Assembly: GCA_949358305.1 (NCBI GenBank)
Contig: OX442314.1
Span: forward strand, 2,976,001-3,040,000
Source: Strigamia acuminata
Lineage: Eukaryota
Length of the DNA stretch: 64,000 bases
Direction: 5' to 3'
Shown here: piece after piece, positions 48,071 through 64,000 of the stretch
Layout: each line of letters begins with the position of its first letter
Numbering within the stretch: the first letter of the stretch is position 1
Program-made: the position numbers and the translations under genes
The notes under the pieces: generated by a model
Seen by the model: the letters and a program-made list of their open reading frames with translations, nothing else
Told to the model about the DNA's origin: nothing
Databases searched by the model: none

Positions 48071-50263
48071 CGAGCGACTTCTTCAACGAAGCGATCCGGG
48101 CGTCGATCTCCTCCAACGACATCGTCGGTTGCCGATGCGATTTGTAGTCCAGCATCGACTCGCGTCTGCGTTTCGGCGATTTCTGAACCTGCGGACCAAG
48201 AAAATGTGAAAAATTTGACGATTTTTGTAGAATTCTGACAATTTTTTGTTGATTTGTGACAATTTTTGGCGATTATTTTGGATTTTTGACAATTTTTGTG
48301 CAATTTTTGTCGATTTCTGTGCAATAGTTGTCAATTTTTGAGCAATTCTAACAAATTTTTGTTCATTTCTGACAATTTTTGACGAGTATTTTTTATTTTT
48401 GACGATTTTTGTGCAATTTTTGTCGATTTTTGTGCAATTTTTGTCGATTTTTGTGCAATTTTTGTCGATTTTTGTGCAATTCTGATAATTTTTGACGAAT
48501 ATTTTGGATTTTTGACGATTTTTGTGCATTTTTTGTGCAATTTTTGTCGATTTTTGTGTAATTTTTGTCGATTTTTGTGCAATTTTTACCGCGGATTTGA
48601 AGTAATCGGGAGAAATTCCTTCGAGAAATAAAATACGGTCTTCCAAGCTTTTTAAGCGTTCGAAAATCTTTCTTTTGCCGCCGTTTTTGATTTTCAGGTG
48701 AGTCTCCATGTTCTCCATGCGCTCCTCGATCGCGCTCGGTGTTGGTTGCAGGAGGCGCTTTTCGTCGTTTTCTTTGCACTCGTCGTCCGGTGCTGTCGGA
48801 GCTGTTTGCGGACCGCATTGGTTGACAACCCGCGATACTGAACAGAGATTATTTCCATTAATTTCGATTTTGTTTAAGACAGTAAAGCTCCGAATAAACG
48901 TCCGGCGATTTCTATGCAAAAATGGCGATTTCTAATGCAAAAATGGCGATTTCTAATGCAAAAATGGCGATTTCTAATGTAAAAATGGCGATTTCTAATG
49001 CCAAAATGGCGATTTTTAATGCAAAAATGGCGATTTCTAATGCCAAAATGGCGATTTCAAATGTAAAAATGGCGATTTCTAATGCAAAAATGGCTATTTC
49101 TATGCAAAAATGGCGATTTCTATGCAAAAATGGCGATTTCAAATGTAAAAATGGCGATTTCAAATGTAAAAATGGCGATTTTTAATGCAAAAATGGCGAT
49201 TTCTAAGCAAAAATGGCGATTTCAAATGTAAAAATGGCGATTTCAAATGTAAAAATGGCGATTTCAAATGCAAAAATGGCGATTTTTAATGCAAAAATGG
49301 CGATTTCTATGCAAAAATGGCGATTTCAAATGTAAAAATGGCGATTTCAAATGCAAAAATGGCGATTTTTAATGCAAAAATGGCGATTTCAAATGTAAAA
49401 ATGGCGATTTCTAATGCAAAAATGGCGATTTTTAATGCAAAAATGGCGATTTCTATGCAAAAATGGCAATTTCAAATGTAAAAATTGCGATTTCTAATGC
49501 AAATTGTACCGCGATTTGTACCGCGATTTGTACCGTAAATTTGCAATTTTCACCACAAAATGGGCGATGTTTACTGCCAATCACCGATTTTGTGGTCAAA
49601 ATGTCATTTTTGTTGATTTTCCTGATTCCAATTAGACCCAGGCCACAATTCGGAGCTTTACAGTAACTAATCTAATCACATCAACAATACTTTTCACGTG
49701 ACTGTTGCTTCCTGTTCGCTTCACCACGACCGCATCCGTGCGCGCGCAACTGTCCTCCATCGCTTCGTTCACGCTCATTCGGTTGCAAAACTCTTGCACA
49801 TTCAGCTCGTCAACTTCCATTCTTTTATGCGCCATAAAAGCCGTTATACGTCGAAATATCTACCGGAAAAAAAAATTTAAAAAAATTTCAATCTTTCCTC
49901 GTCATTTTCCCACCTCTTTATTATCCGCTTTAATTTGTACGTGTTCGCGATCATCGTCTTTCTGCGCCACTTCCTGCACGAATTAATACATTTTATTATG
50001 TTATATTGATATATTTTTACGTCATCGGGTACCCGGATGCGAAAAAGAAATCGTTGTAGGATTTGCTTGGCGTCGACGGTCGGGCACGGCGCCGGCTCCA
50101 CTTCCACGTTCGCTTTCGTCACGAATCCATCGCGGACCAACTAAAACACAAAATGAATGATTTTTTATTCGGTTTTACGATTTAAAACGGCACGTACCTC
50201 GCGACAAAAATCATCTATCGCTTCCAAAGCATGTTTTATTGACACGGAAGACTCGTGCGACAT
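48045..50263 (-). CDS. MBIP: MAP3K12-binding inhibitory protein 1 (ATAC subunit), multi-exon
   Basis: VQIKA..EI.RRITAF...NVQEFC...SCARTDA...SHVKVSRVVN..GPQT...IEERM.NME.HL...IFERLK.LEDRIL.LEGISPDYF...EIDARIASLKK. Confidence 0.88.
48200..48586. repeat. 21-bp minisatellite (gtgcaatttttgtcgattttt)
   Basis: MBIP last intron. Confidence 0.88.
48905..49500. repeat. 21-bp minisatellite (aatgcaaaaatggcgatttct)
   Basis: MBIP intron. Confidence 0.92.
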
Positions 50264-50870
50264 TCGGAAATTCTTGCTGCAAAAACCAAACGAGATTGAA
50301 GCGGCGAAAACACGAACTAAAATTAATTCACAAAAGCGCTATAGCTTATCGACGTTTTTATTTATTATATATAAATGACGTTGATGAAATCAAAAATAAA
50401 CAATAACAAACAAAAAGAAACAAACAAAAACATATTTTTTGAAGAAAAATGCACTTATTGATATGTTTTTTTTCCAAAAGCGCTCCGACCATCGACGTGT
50501 TTATTTACTCCACGAAAATGTCGACGGAGATTTTCAATAAAAATAAAATAAAATATTCATTAAAAAAATGCATTTTCACAACATTTAACTCATTTTCGCG
50601 ATTTTTTTAGACACCCAACCTAAAACTAACATCTAAAAATGTAAAAATCAACAACAAATTCCGCCATGTTTATTCATTTATTCATTAAATTTATTCACCG
50701 AAAGAAAAATAAATTTTTATTTCTCTTGTCAACCACATCCGTCGCCGACTCGCCGTCGTCATGACTACAAAGAGTTACGAGAACGTCATCGATCGTGGGC
50801 TCCATCATCTCCACCTCCATCATCCGGAAGCGAGACCTCGCGACCGTTAACTCGCCGGACGCACGGCGCG

Positions 50871-52172
50871 ATGGCAGCCGAGGCGAAGACCTCGCGCTCC
50901 GACAGCTCCGCCTTCGAGATCATCGGAGTGCGCGAACGACACGGCCAGTTCCGCAAAGCCGTGCCCACGATGCCGCTACCTTTAGCCATCGTTTGCTGTT
51001 TCCTCAACGTATTTCTCCCCGGCACAGGTAAAATAAATAGCAAAAGGAAAAAAGAAATTGGAAAAATCCGAAAATAGACCCGGTGCGCCCAGTTTAATGC
51101 TAAATGCGAACAATATACGTTTGTTTATCGGTCGCGCCGAGTGAAAAATGCCATTCCTCCGGGTTGCCAAGGCGACGGCGGCGGCGCTCTCCGCTTCTCA
51201 TCCATCATTTGGTTGTTTTTATTTTTTATTTAGGTACGTTGGTGTCGGCGTTTGCCGTTTGGTGTCACTACGCGACCGAGTACGAGAAGAAGTCGCAGGC
51301 TTTCGCCAACAACGTTCTCGCCGCTTTCCTTCAAGTGCTCACGCTCGTTGTCATCGTCGGATACATTTGGAGCATCCTGTGGGGGGTCACGTTCGTGTCA
51401 TTATCCAGTATGTTTGTGTTGTTTGTTTGCGTTGTTTGTTTGCGTAAGGGGGTTCCGTTTATTGAATTATTTTCCAATTGTGCAATTTTTTTTAAAGGAT
51501 TATTCATTTAATCAAGGACGAATTAAGTTTGTTTGTGGGCCGAAACAATGTTTTTCCAGCTTAAATTAAACCTGTTTAATTATGTTTTGGCCTAATAATC
51601 AATTCCTTTTAGCCTAAAATTAATTTTTTGGTGTAAAATTGGATCTTTTGGTCTAAAATTAAAGTTTTTTGGTCTAAAATTAAAGTTTTTTGGTCTAAAA
51701 TTGAATTTTTTAGTGTAAAAGTGGATTTTTAGCCTAAAATTTTAATGTTAGTGTAAAAGTGGATTTTTAGCCTAAAATTTTATTGTTTAGCCTAAAATTT
51801 GATTTTTTAGCCAAAAATTTGATTTTTTAGCCTAAAATTTGATTTTTTAGCCTAAAATTTGATTTTTTAGCCTAAAATTTGATTCTTTAGCCTAAAATTT
51901 GATTTTCTAACCTAAAATTTGATTTTTTAGCCTAAAATTTGATTTTTTAGCCTAAAATTTGATTTTGTTAGCCTAAAATTGGATTTTTAGACCTAATAAT
52001 CCAAATCCTGCAATTGATTTTACTGTATAATTAAAATACAAAATGTCGAAATTACGAAACCCCGACAGTGCTCATAACATTGACATTTTGACTGTTATTT
52101 TCCACTTCCGCAGTATCAAAACGGAAGCAGGACGCGAAGGGCAAGCTTGACCAACTCGGCGCCAAAGTCTGA
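50871..52172 (+). CDS. STUM: Stumble/SPEC3-like small membrane protein (exons 50871-51027, 51234-51407, 52114-52172)
   Basis: [30 protein letters not shown]...LQ...[11 protein letters not shown] motif. Confidence 0.82.
51610..51992. repeat. 20-bp minisatellite (cctaaaatttgattttttag)
   Basis: Stumble-like intron 2. Confidence 0.9.
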
Positions 52173-52388
52173 CGAAAAAAAAAGGAAATACAAACACGAT
52201 TATTTTTAATAATCACATTTATATTCGTCGCTTGTTTTTTCGATTCCCTTTGCAAACTATTTTGTGATAACCACACTTTCTCGTTCTTCTCATCTTTTAT
52301 TATCGTTCGAATGCGATAACAAAACAAAATGAAAAACAATAATAATAAAAAAAAAACGATAAAAATAAAGGAATAAAAAATTGTCGTT

Positions 52389-55281
52389 TCATTTCTCGAC
52401 GAAAAATTTGTAGACGGTCGTGTGTTCGTACGTTTCGCCAGGATTGAGAATGCAGTTGGGGAAGTTGGGCTGGTTGACGGCGTTCGGGTAATGTTGCGGC
52501 TCCAAGCACAAGGCCGAGTGTTTGGCGTAGGTGGCTCGGCCGCGGCCTGTCAGACTGCCGTCCAACGGAAGGAAGTTTGACGTGTAGAACTGCATTCCTG
52601 GCATGTTGGTGGTTATTTCCATCGCTCGTCCGGATGCGGGGTGACTCACCCTTGAGAAATAATTGCATTAAAAATTATTCATTAAATAAAAAAAAAATGA
52701 AAAATAAATGAAAAATGATAGAAAAGACTGGAAAATAAATGAAAAATGATAGAAAAGACTGGAAAATAAATGAATAATGATAGAAAAGACTGGAAAATAA
52801 ATGAAAAAATGATAGAAAAGACTGGAAAATAAATGAAAAATGATAGAAAAGACTGGAAAATAAATGAAAAATGATAGAAAAAAATGGAAAATAAATAAAA
52901 AATTAAAGAAAAGACTAGAAAATAAATGAAATTGAAAGAAAAGACTGGAAATAAATGAAAAATGATGAAAAATGAACGAAAATGATGGAAAGAATGGAAA
53001 ATAAATGAAAACGATGAAAAATGAACGAAAGTGATGAAAAGAATGGAAAATAAATAAAAAACGATGAAAAATGATAAAAAGTAAATGGAAAATGATGAAA
53101 AAGAATGGAAAATAATGAAAAATGATGAAAAATGATGAAAAATAAATCATTTTTCGTTTATTTTTTATCATTTTTCGTTTATTTTTCATCATTTTTCGTT
53201 TATTTTAAATCATTTTACATTATTTGTCATTGTTTTTCGTTTTTTTTATGCATTTTCCATTCACTTTTCATCATTTTCGTTAATTTTATGCATTTTCCAT
53301 TCACTTTTCATCATTTTCGTTACTTTTATACATTTTCCATTCACTTTTCATCAATTTTCGTTTATTTCGGAAGCTTTTTTCATTATTTTTCTCAAATTTT
53401 TTCTCAATTTTTTAAAAAAAAACCCCAAAAAAATCCTAAAAAAACATCATTTCATCGTCATCCAACAAAATCCACCAATCGAAATTCAAATTACTTGGCT
53501 GCAAATCGTTGTCCGGACCCTTTAATGCAGAAATTATTATCGTATCCATCCACCAAATCCGGTTTGATCCGCTCGCCCAACTTGACCGGCCGCCTAAAAT
53601 CAAACGGCGTGCCATCCACAGCCGCCAATTCCCCGCTCGGGATCCCGTCAACTCGATCCACCGGCGTGTACTGATCCGCGTTTAACGTCACCAAGTGGTC
53701 GTAAATCGAGCACGGCGACTTCTGCAGCCCGCATCCGCCCAAATTAAAGTACGAGTGGTTAGTCAGACTGACGGGACACGGTTTGGTCGTGGTGACCGCG
53801 TAGCTGACCACAAGTTCGTTCTCTGCGGTCAACTCGAACGTCGCCTGGTTCACGCATTCCCCCGGATAACCTTCCTCGCCGTCCTTGCTCACGTACGTGA
53901 GCGTCACCACGTTTCCTTGAACGTGCGATTCCCATAAAACCTGTCAAAGAATTCAATAAATGAAGATCGGACCATCAATGTAAAATAAAAAAATCGCAAA
54001 ATTACGGAAAATGGTCAAATGCTCATATCATTCAGTCGTAAATTAATTTTTCGGCCGAATTTGAGCGTGAATTCGGTTGTAAACTCGTTTTTCCGCCGAA
54101 TGTGTGCCAGAATTCAGTCACTTATTCGTTTTTTCGGCCGTATTCGGGCGAGAATTCGGTTTTGCATTCGTTTTTCGGCTGAATTTTAGCGGGGATTTGG
54201 TTGTACATTCGTTTTTCTGCCGAATTTGCGCCACAATTCAATCACAAATTCGGTTTTTGGCCGAACTTGACATGAATTTCGGATTTGAATTCCTTTTTTC
54301 GGCTCAACTTTGGCCGGAATTCAGTCATAAATTCGTTTTTTGACCGAATTTAGGCGAAAATTCGGTTTTACATTCGTTTTTCGTCTGAATTTTGGCGGGG
54401 ATTTGGTTGTAAATTTGTTTTTTTTGCCGAATTTGCGCCAGAATTCAATCACAAATTCCTTTTTCGGCCGAATTTGCACTAGAATTCAATCAAATATTCC
54501 TTTTTCTGACGAATTTGCACTAGAATTCAATCAAATATTCGTTTTTCTGCCGAATTTGCACTAGAATTCAATCACAAATTCGTTTATCGGCCGAATTTGG
54601 ACGAGAATTCGCTTGTAAATTCATTCTTCGGCCGAATTTGACATGAATTTCGGATTTTAATTCCTATATTTCAGCTCAACTTCGGCCTGAATTCAGTCAT
54701 AAATTAGTTTATTAACCGAATTTAGACAAGAAATTCAAATTTGACGCTTTTCCGCAGTTTTGCTACGTATACGTTTACTAAAAACCTATATACTTTATCG
54801 TAGCCTCGAATTCCGCCGTGCAAATGGTTCGGAGAGCTGTTAATGGCGAGCAAATATCCCTTGTTGTTCAGCACGAAACGTCCGTGCGCGATTCGATTAC
54901 ACACACGTCCGACCGTCGCGCCCACATAAAACGGTTGTTTATAATATTCTAAACAAATAAATCAAAACAAAAAATTATCCATTCATCAATTTATTCCACC
55001 AATTCCTACCATCAATGCTGTCAAAACCGAGCACAACATCGGCCACGTCGTCGTTCGCATCGGGCACTTTGAGCGACGTGACGGTCGCGCCGTACGTGAT
55101 GACCTGCGCGCTGCATTTCGACGAATTCGTCAAAGTGAAGCGTCGTACAGGCTCGCTGCAGACCCTTTTGTCCGAATAAAACCTCCCGACCCAATCCTCG
55201 ATCTAAAAAAACCGAAAAACGACGCTAATAACAACGAAAAACGAACCACCGATCGTCACGAACAATTTCCGTGTGCGGCAT
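52389..55281 (-). CDS. GALM: Galactose mutarotase (aldose 1-epimerase), 5 exons
   Basis: YGAT...[61 protein letters not shown]. Confidence 0.94.
52690..53400. repeat. ~30-bp A-rich minisatellite followed by its T-rich inverse
   Basis: GALM last intron; polarity switches near 53145. Confidence 0.82.
54050..54720. repeat. ~40-bp degenerate minisatellite (gccgaatttg...gaattc...ttttt)
   Basis: GALM intron. Confidence 0.75.
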
Positions 55282-55374
55282 GAGTGGCCTCACTCAGTCA
55301 CTGGCAGGACACCGCCATGTTTGTTTATCGCGGCACTCTCGAATATTCCCGTTTCGAGAGTAACACACAGTGCA

Positions 55375-55824
55375 ATGGACTCGATCGAAATCGGCACCGA
55401 AGCCATCGACGTGGCGAAAATATACGAGCGAGTGGTTTCGCCGTCGTGCGGAGCGGTCGCGACGTTCGTGGGGACGACGCGCGATCATTTCGGGGGCGAG
55501 CGCGTCGAGCGATTGGAGTACGACGCGTATATTCCGATGGCTGAGAAGCGAATTTTTGACATTTGCAAACGGATGCGCGAAGACTGGGCGGTGCGCAACG
55601 TGGCCATAGTGCACCGGCTAGGCGTCGTGCCGATCGGCGAGGCGAGCGTCATGATCGCCGTCTCGTCGGAGCATCGCGAGGCGGCTTTGGCCGCGACGAG
55701 CTACGCGATCGACGCGCTCAAAGCGAGTGTTCCCATCTGGAAGAAAGAGGTTTACGCAACGGCCGATGCTGTGTGGAAGGAAAATTCTGAGTGTCCCTGG
55801 TCATCGAAACAAACAAAGATATAA
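55375..55824 (+). CDS. MOCS2: Molybdopterin synthase catalytic subunit (MoaE/MOCS2B), intronless
   Basis: CGAVATFVGTTRD...LEYDAY..MA...HRLG.V.IGEASV.IAVSS.HR...IDALKASVPIWKKEVY...WKEN.EC. Confidence 0.94.
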   Translation: MDSIEIGTEAIDVAKIYERVVSPSCGAVATFVGTTRDHFGGERVERLEYDAYIPMAEKRIFDICKRMREDWAVRNVAIVHRLGVVPIGEASVMIAVSSEHREAALAATSYAIDALKASVPIWKKEVYATADAVWKENSECPWSSKQTKI

Positions 55825-55884
55825 ATGTATAAATAAATTAATAAATAAATAGGATTATGTCGTTACTCGTCACCTAACATTATA

Positions 55885-56555
55885 CAGGGTGTTTCATTTA
55901 AGACGTTACAGTCAATTTCCAGAATAAGTACGGTATAGCGGTATAGCAGTAAGTATAGCAAAGTAGGGATTGTGCACTTTTCATTCGCTAACCCGTTAAC
56001 TGGTCGAGATAGAGCAAAATTTTCAATCACAAAGTTGTAGAGCACCATCAAATTAGTACTATCCAACTTATTTTAGTCATCTTAAGTTAAATGTTTTCGT
56101 TTTAAAATGAAAACAAATCAGCTGAAATAAAGCGAGCCGTTGTGGCAAAATGAAATTTCTACTGCAAAAGTACTGAATTTCTTCAATAAATGTATTCAAA
56201 TTTGCATTATTATGCAAGTAAACAAGAAAAACCACTATCTTTTTTAATGTCTAAATTATTTTATTTTCATAAGAATAAAAAATTTCAATTTGCTGATTTG
56301 TTTTTCTTTTTTTAAAAAAAAAACAGTTAACTTAAGGTGACTAAGATAAGTTGAATAATACTAATTTGATGGTGCTCTACAACTTTGTGATTGGAAATTT
56401 TGCTCTATCTCGACCAGTTAACGAGTTAGTGAATGAAAAGTGCATATTGCTGCATGTCTGGCATAAAATTTGATTACACTATTGCATTCGTCATCCCTAC
56501 TTTGCTTGGTTTTTTGAAAAAGCATATACTTATTCTGGAAATTGACTGTAACGTC
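55885..56555. mobile_element. Tc1/mariner-type palindromic MITE remnant, related to 27338-28107
   Basis: TA|cagggtg start; inverted arms ~55904-56090 and ~56325-56553 share the acaaagttgtagag motif with the 27.5 kb element. Confidence 0.65.
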
Positions 56556-57276
56556 AAGTGAAGGAAAAATAAACTTAGTGGTTGCTGCAATTTAAATGCA
56601 AATTGTGAAGTTCTGCTGTTTACTGTTATGAAGGCCATCCCAGGGAGTGGAGTTTGATTTCCTACTCACATATATTGCTTAAAAATGAATCGATCAAGTG
56701 ATAAAAACATGAGTTCTTTTTTATTCTTCTTAGCAACAGTAATAACAATAATAATCCAGTAAAGCGCGACAACAAAACAAACCAACAAACTTGAAATAGG
56801 CTTAGGTCTTGACGGCAACTTTGACACATAGATGGCGCCACTGTTTTCCCATAAAGTTTTACATGTTAATTTGCAGGATGCTGCAGGACGTGGAGGATTC
56901 ACTAGGCAGAAATTCCTGCAGAGTTCTTTGCATGAATTTGGCGCAATACCTTGTAGGATTTTCTGCAATAATTTGCAGGATGGCCCTGCAGAAGTGATCA
57001 TGCAGGGTTGGTCATGCAGCATGATCCTGCAGGGCCATCCTGAAAATAATTGCAGAAAATCCTGCAAGGAATTGCACCAAATTCATGCAAAGGACTCTGC
57101 AGGATTTTCTGCAATTATCCGCAAGATGGCTCTGCAGGATTGGTCTTGTAGGATCATCATGCAAAGAATTGCACCGAATTCATGCGAAGGACTCTGCAGG
57201 ATGATCCTGCAGAAGTGATCATGCAGGATTTCTGCCCACAACTAATGATTAATGTATACCGTTTGAATAGTGTATA

Positions 57277-58137
57277 CCGTACCGCCTCGTTTAAAAGCCC
57301 GGGCGTTTATATATTATTTTCAGCCGACCCACCCGGCGGCAACATGAAACCCGGCATTTAATCGAGCCCGGCGTTTAACGGCCATAACGGCGTTTTATAT
57401 ATTTGACCGACCGGAAATAGTACTGTACGTAACATGAGCGGCACTTTCGGAACGTTATCTGAACGTAATTAGCCATTTCACGTTTACCCGGCGCGAATTT
57501 GAAGCCCGGTGTTTATAAGGGGCCGGCGCGTATAGATTTTTGGGTCGATGACTGCCCGGCGAGGGGGTAGCCAATGCTGGAAATCTCGTAAAGGCAAAGA
57601 TTTTGGATTTCTAAATCCTTGAAATCTCATGAAATCCTGGAAATCTTTGAAATTTCATGAAATCCTGAAAATCTTTGTAATTTCATGAAATCCTGGAAAT
57701 CCTAGAAATCTTTTAATTTTCTTGCAAATTGTTGCAAATTCTAGCAAAATATTTTAAGAAACCGACATGAAATTCTCAGAAACCCTTGTGAAACCCTTGT
57801 GAAATCCTGAAATCCTTAGAAATCCTTGAAATCCTTAGCAAATCCCTGAAATCTTCGACATCTTTCAAATCTCGTGAAATCTTGGATATCTTGGAAATCC
57901 GGAAAATCCTGGAAATCTTATAAATTGTCTTGCAATTTGGTGTAAATTCTAGCAAATCGAGCTGGAAATCTCACGCAGGCAAAGATTTTGGATTTCAAAA
58001 TCCTTGAAATCTCATGAAATCTTCAAGGATTTCAAAATCTCGTACGCGATTTTTGCGATTGGCTACACCCTCGCTGCCCGGCACTAAAATGGGCCCGGCG
58101 TCTTAATGAACCCGGGTGTTTAAACGAGGCAGTACAG
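57277..58137. mobile_element. TA-flanked MITE with nested Mutator-like MITE (57561-58072)
   Basis: Outer TIR c(c/t)gtac(c/t)gcctcgtttaaa; inner TIR gaggg(g/t)gtagccaat flanked by a ~9-10-bp duplication ctgcccggc. Confidence 0.68.
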
Positions 58138-58237
58138 TAGCCTACATATTTTTGAAACTCCCTGTATTGTCGAGCCGGTTTTATTTGGACAACCCCCGGT
58201 AGTTCTGAAATTGCAGAAACATGTGCGACCCTGCAAA

Positions 58238-58292
<55 letters not shown>

Positions 58293-58954
58293 AGGAGTGA
58301 ACACATCTCCGACCTGATCGATTTTTATTATGACTTCGTTAATAATGATAACAATAAAAATAAGGATAATAATAATAAATCATTTACATAGTGATCGTAT
58401 AAATAGATTGATATTATTATTATTATTTTGAATTAATTATGATACATTTTTTCGTCACTAACGAGTGGGACTACACAAACACGCACGCGCACTCGACTAA
58501 TTATTATTATTACGACGTGATTCAATTAAATTAAACAAAAAGAAAAGAAAAATATAATATATATAATATGTATAATTAAAAAGCTGTACAATTAATTAAG
58601 AAAGACTAGAGAGAGGTCGTGGTGGGGAATATTAATGATGCATCGTCATCGTCGTTGATTGATTGATTGATTTTCGAGAAAAAATGGCGGGCGGTTAATT
58701 AAATTTTTTTTTTAAATTTTTTTTTTTTAAATTTTTATAAATTTTTTTGGAAAAATACACCGACAACGACAATCACGGAACGTGTTTTTTTGTTTTGTTT
58801 TTTCTTTTAAGTACTCGGATCATCCACTGCTGAGTATAATAAATGTGACTAGGAAATGCATGGAATGAATACTCGGAAAACGAACGAACGTGACAAACGA
58901 ACGCGACGACATCTAGCGACGACGAACGGAGATAGAGAGATAGAGATAGAGATA

Positions 58955-63763
<4,809 letters not shown>

Positions 63764-63884
63764 CTGTTGAGAAATTAATAAGAATTTTTATGCTGTGTTA
63801 AGGAGAAAACTAAAAAAAGGTGTTCAGTTTTGACACTTAAAAATTCAATGTTTTTGAGCAAAAATTGGGTGTTGTTGGATGTTT

Positions 63885-64000
63885 TAAGTGAAAAATTTGA
63901 TTTTTTGGTGAAAAATTTGATTTTTTGGTGAAAAATTTGATTTTTTGGTGAAAAATTTGATTTTTTGGTGAAAAATTTGATTTTTTGGTGAAAAATTTGA
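63885..64000. repeat. 20-bp minisatellite (ttttttggtgaaaaatttga)
   Basis: PKC intron, runs off the window. Confidence 0.9.

Noticed and set aside
55273..55544. 86-aa overlapping ORF (55284-55544) as MOCS2A, and N-terminal extension of MOCS2B from 55273
   Set aside because: Non-ATG starts, no MoaD similarity or C-terminal Gly-Gly.

Overview
Eukaryotic, most likely arthropod, genomic DNA in two halves. (1) 1-~26,000 is a nest of five LTR retrotransposons. The outer Ty3/gypsy-type element D (minus strand) has a tRNA-Pro PBS, a long gag and a -1 frameshift into pol. D carries an intact Ty3/gypsy element C (18194-23050) and a long-LTR element E (tRNA-Gln PBS). E carries a pol-less gypsy derivative A (710-10626), and A carries an intact Ty1/copia element B (2535-9638) whose polyprotein contains a methyl-CpG-binding domain. 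(2) ~26,000-33,000 is DNA-transposon/MITE debris. From ~33,100 to the end lies a very compact gene cluster: SprT-domain protease (SPRTN-like), a small PIP-box protein, FAM89-like, TKFC, MRPS10, kizuna-like, eclosion-hormone-like, MBIP, stumble-like, GALM, MOCS2B and a partial novel PKC. Nearly all large introns are filled with unrelated minisatellites whose periods are multiples of ~10 bp. Gene models were spliced by eye and family assignments are from motif recognition; no database searches were run.
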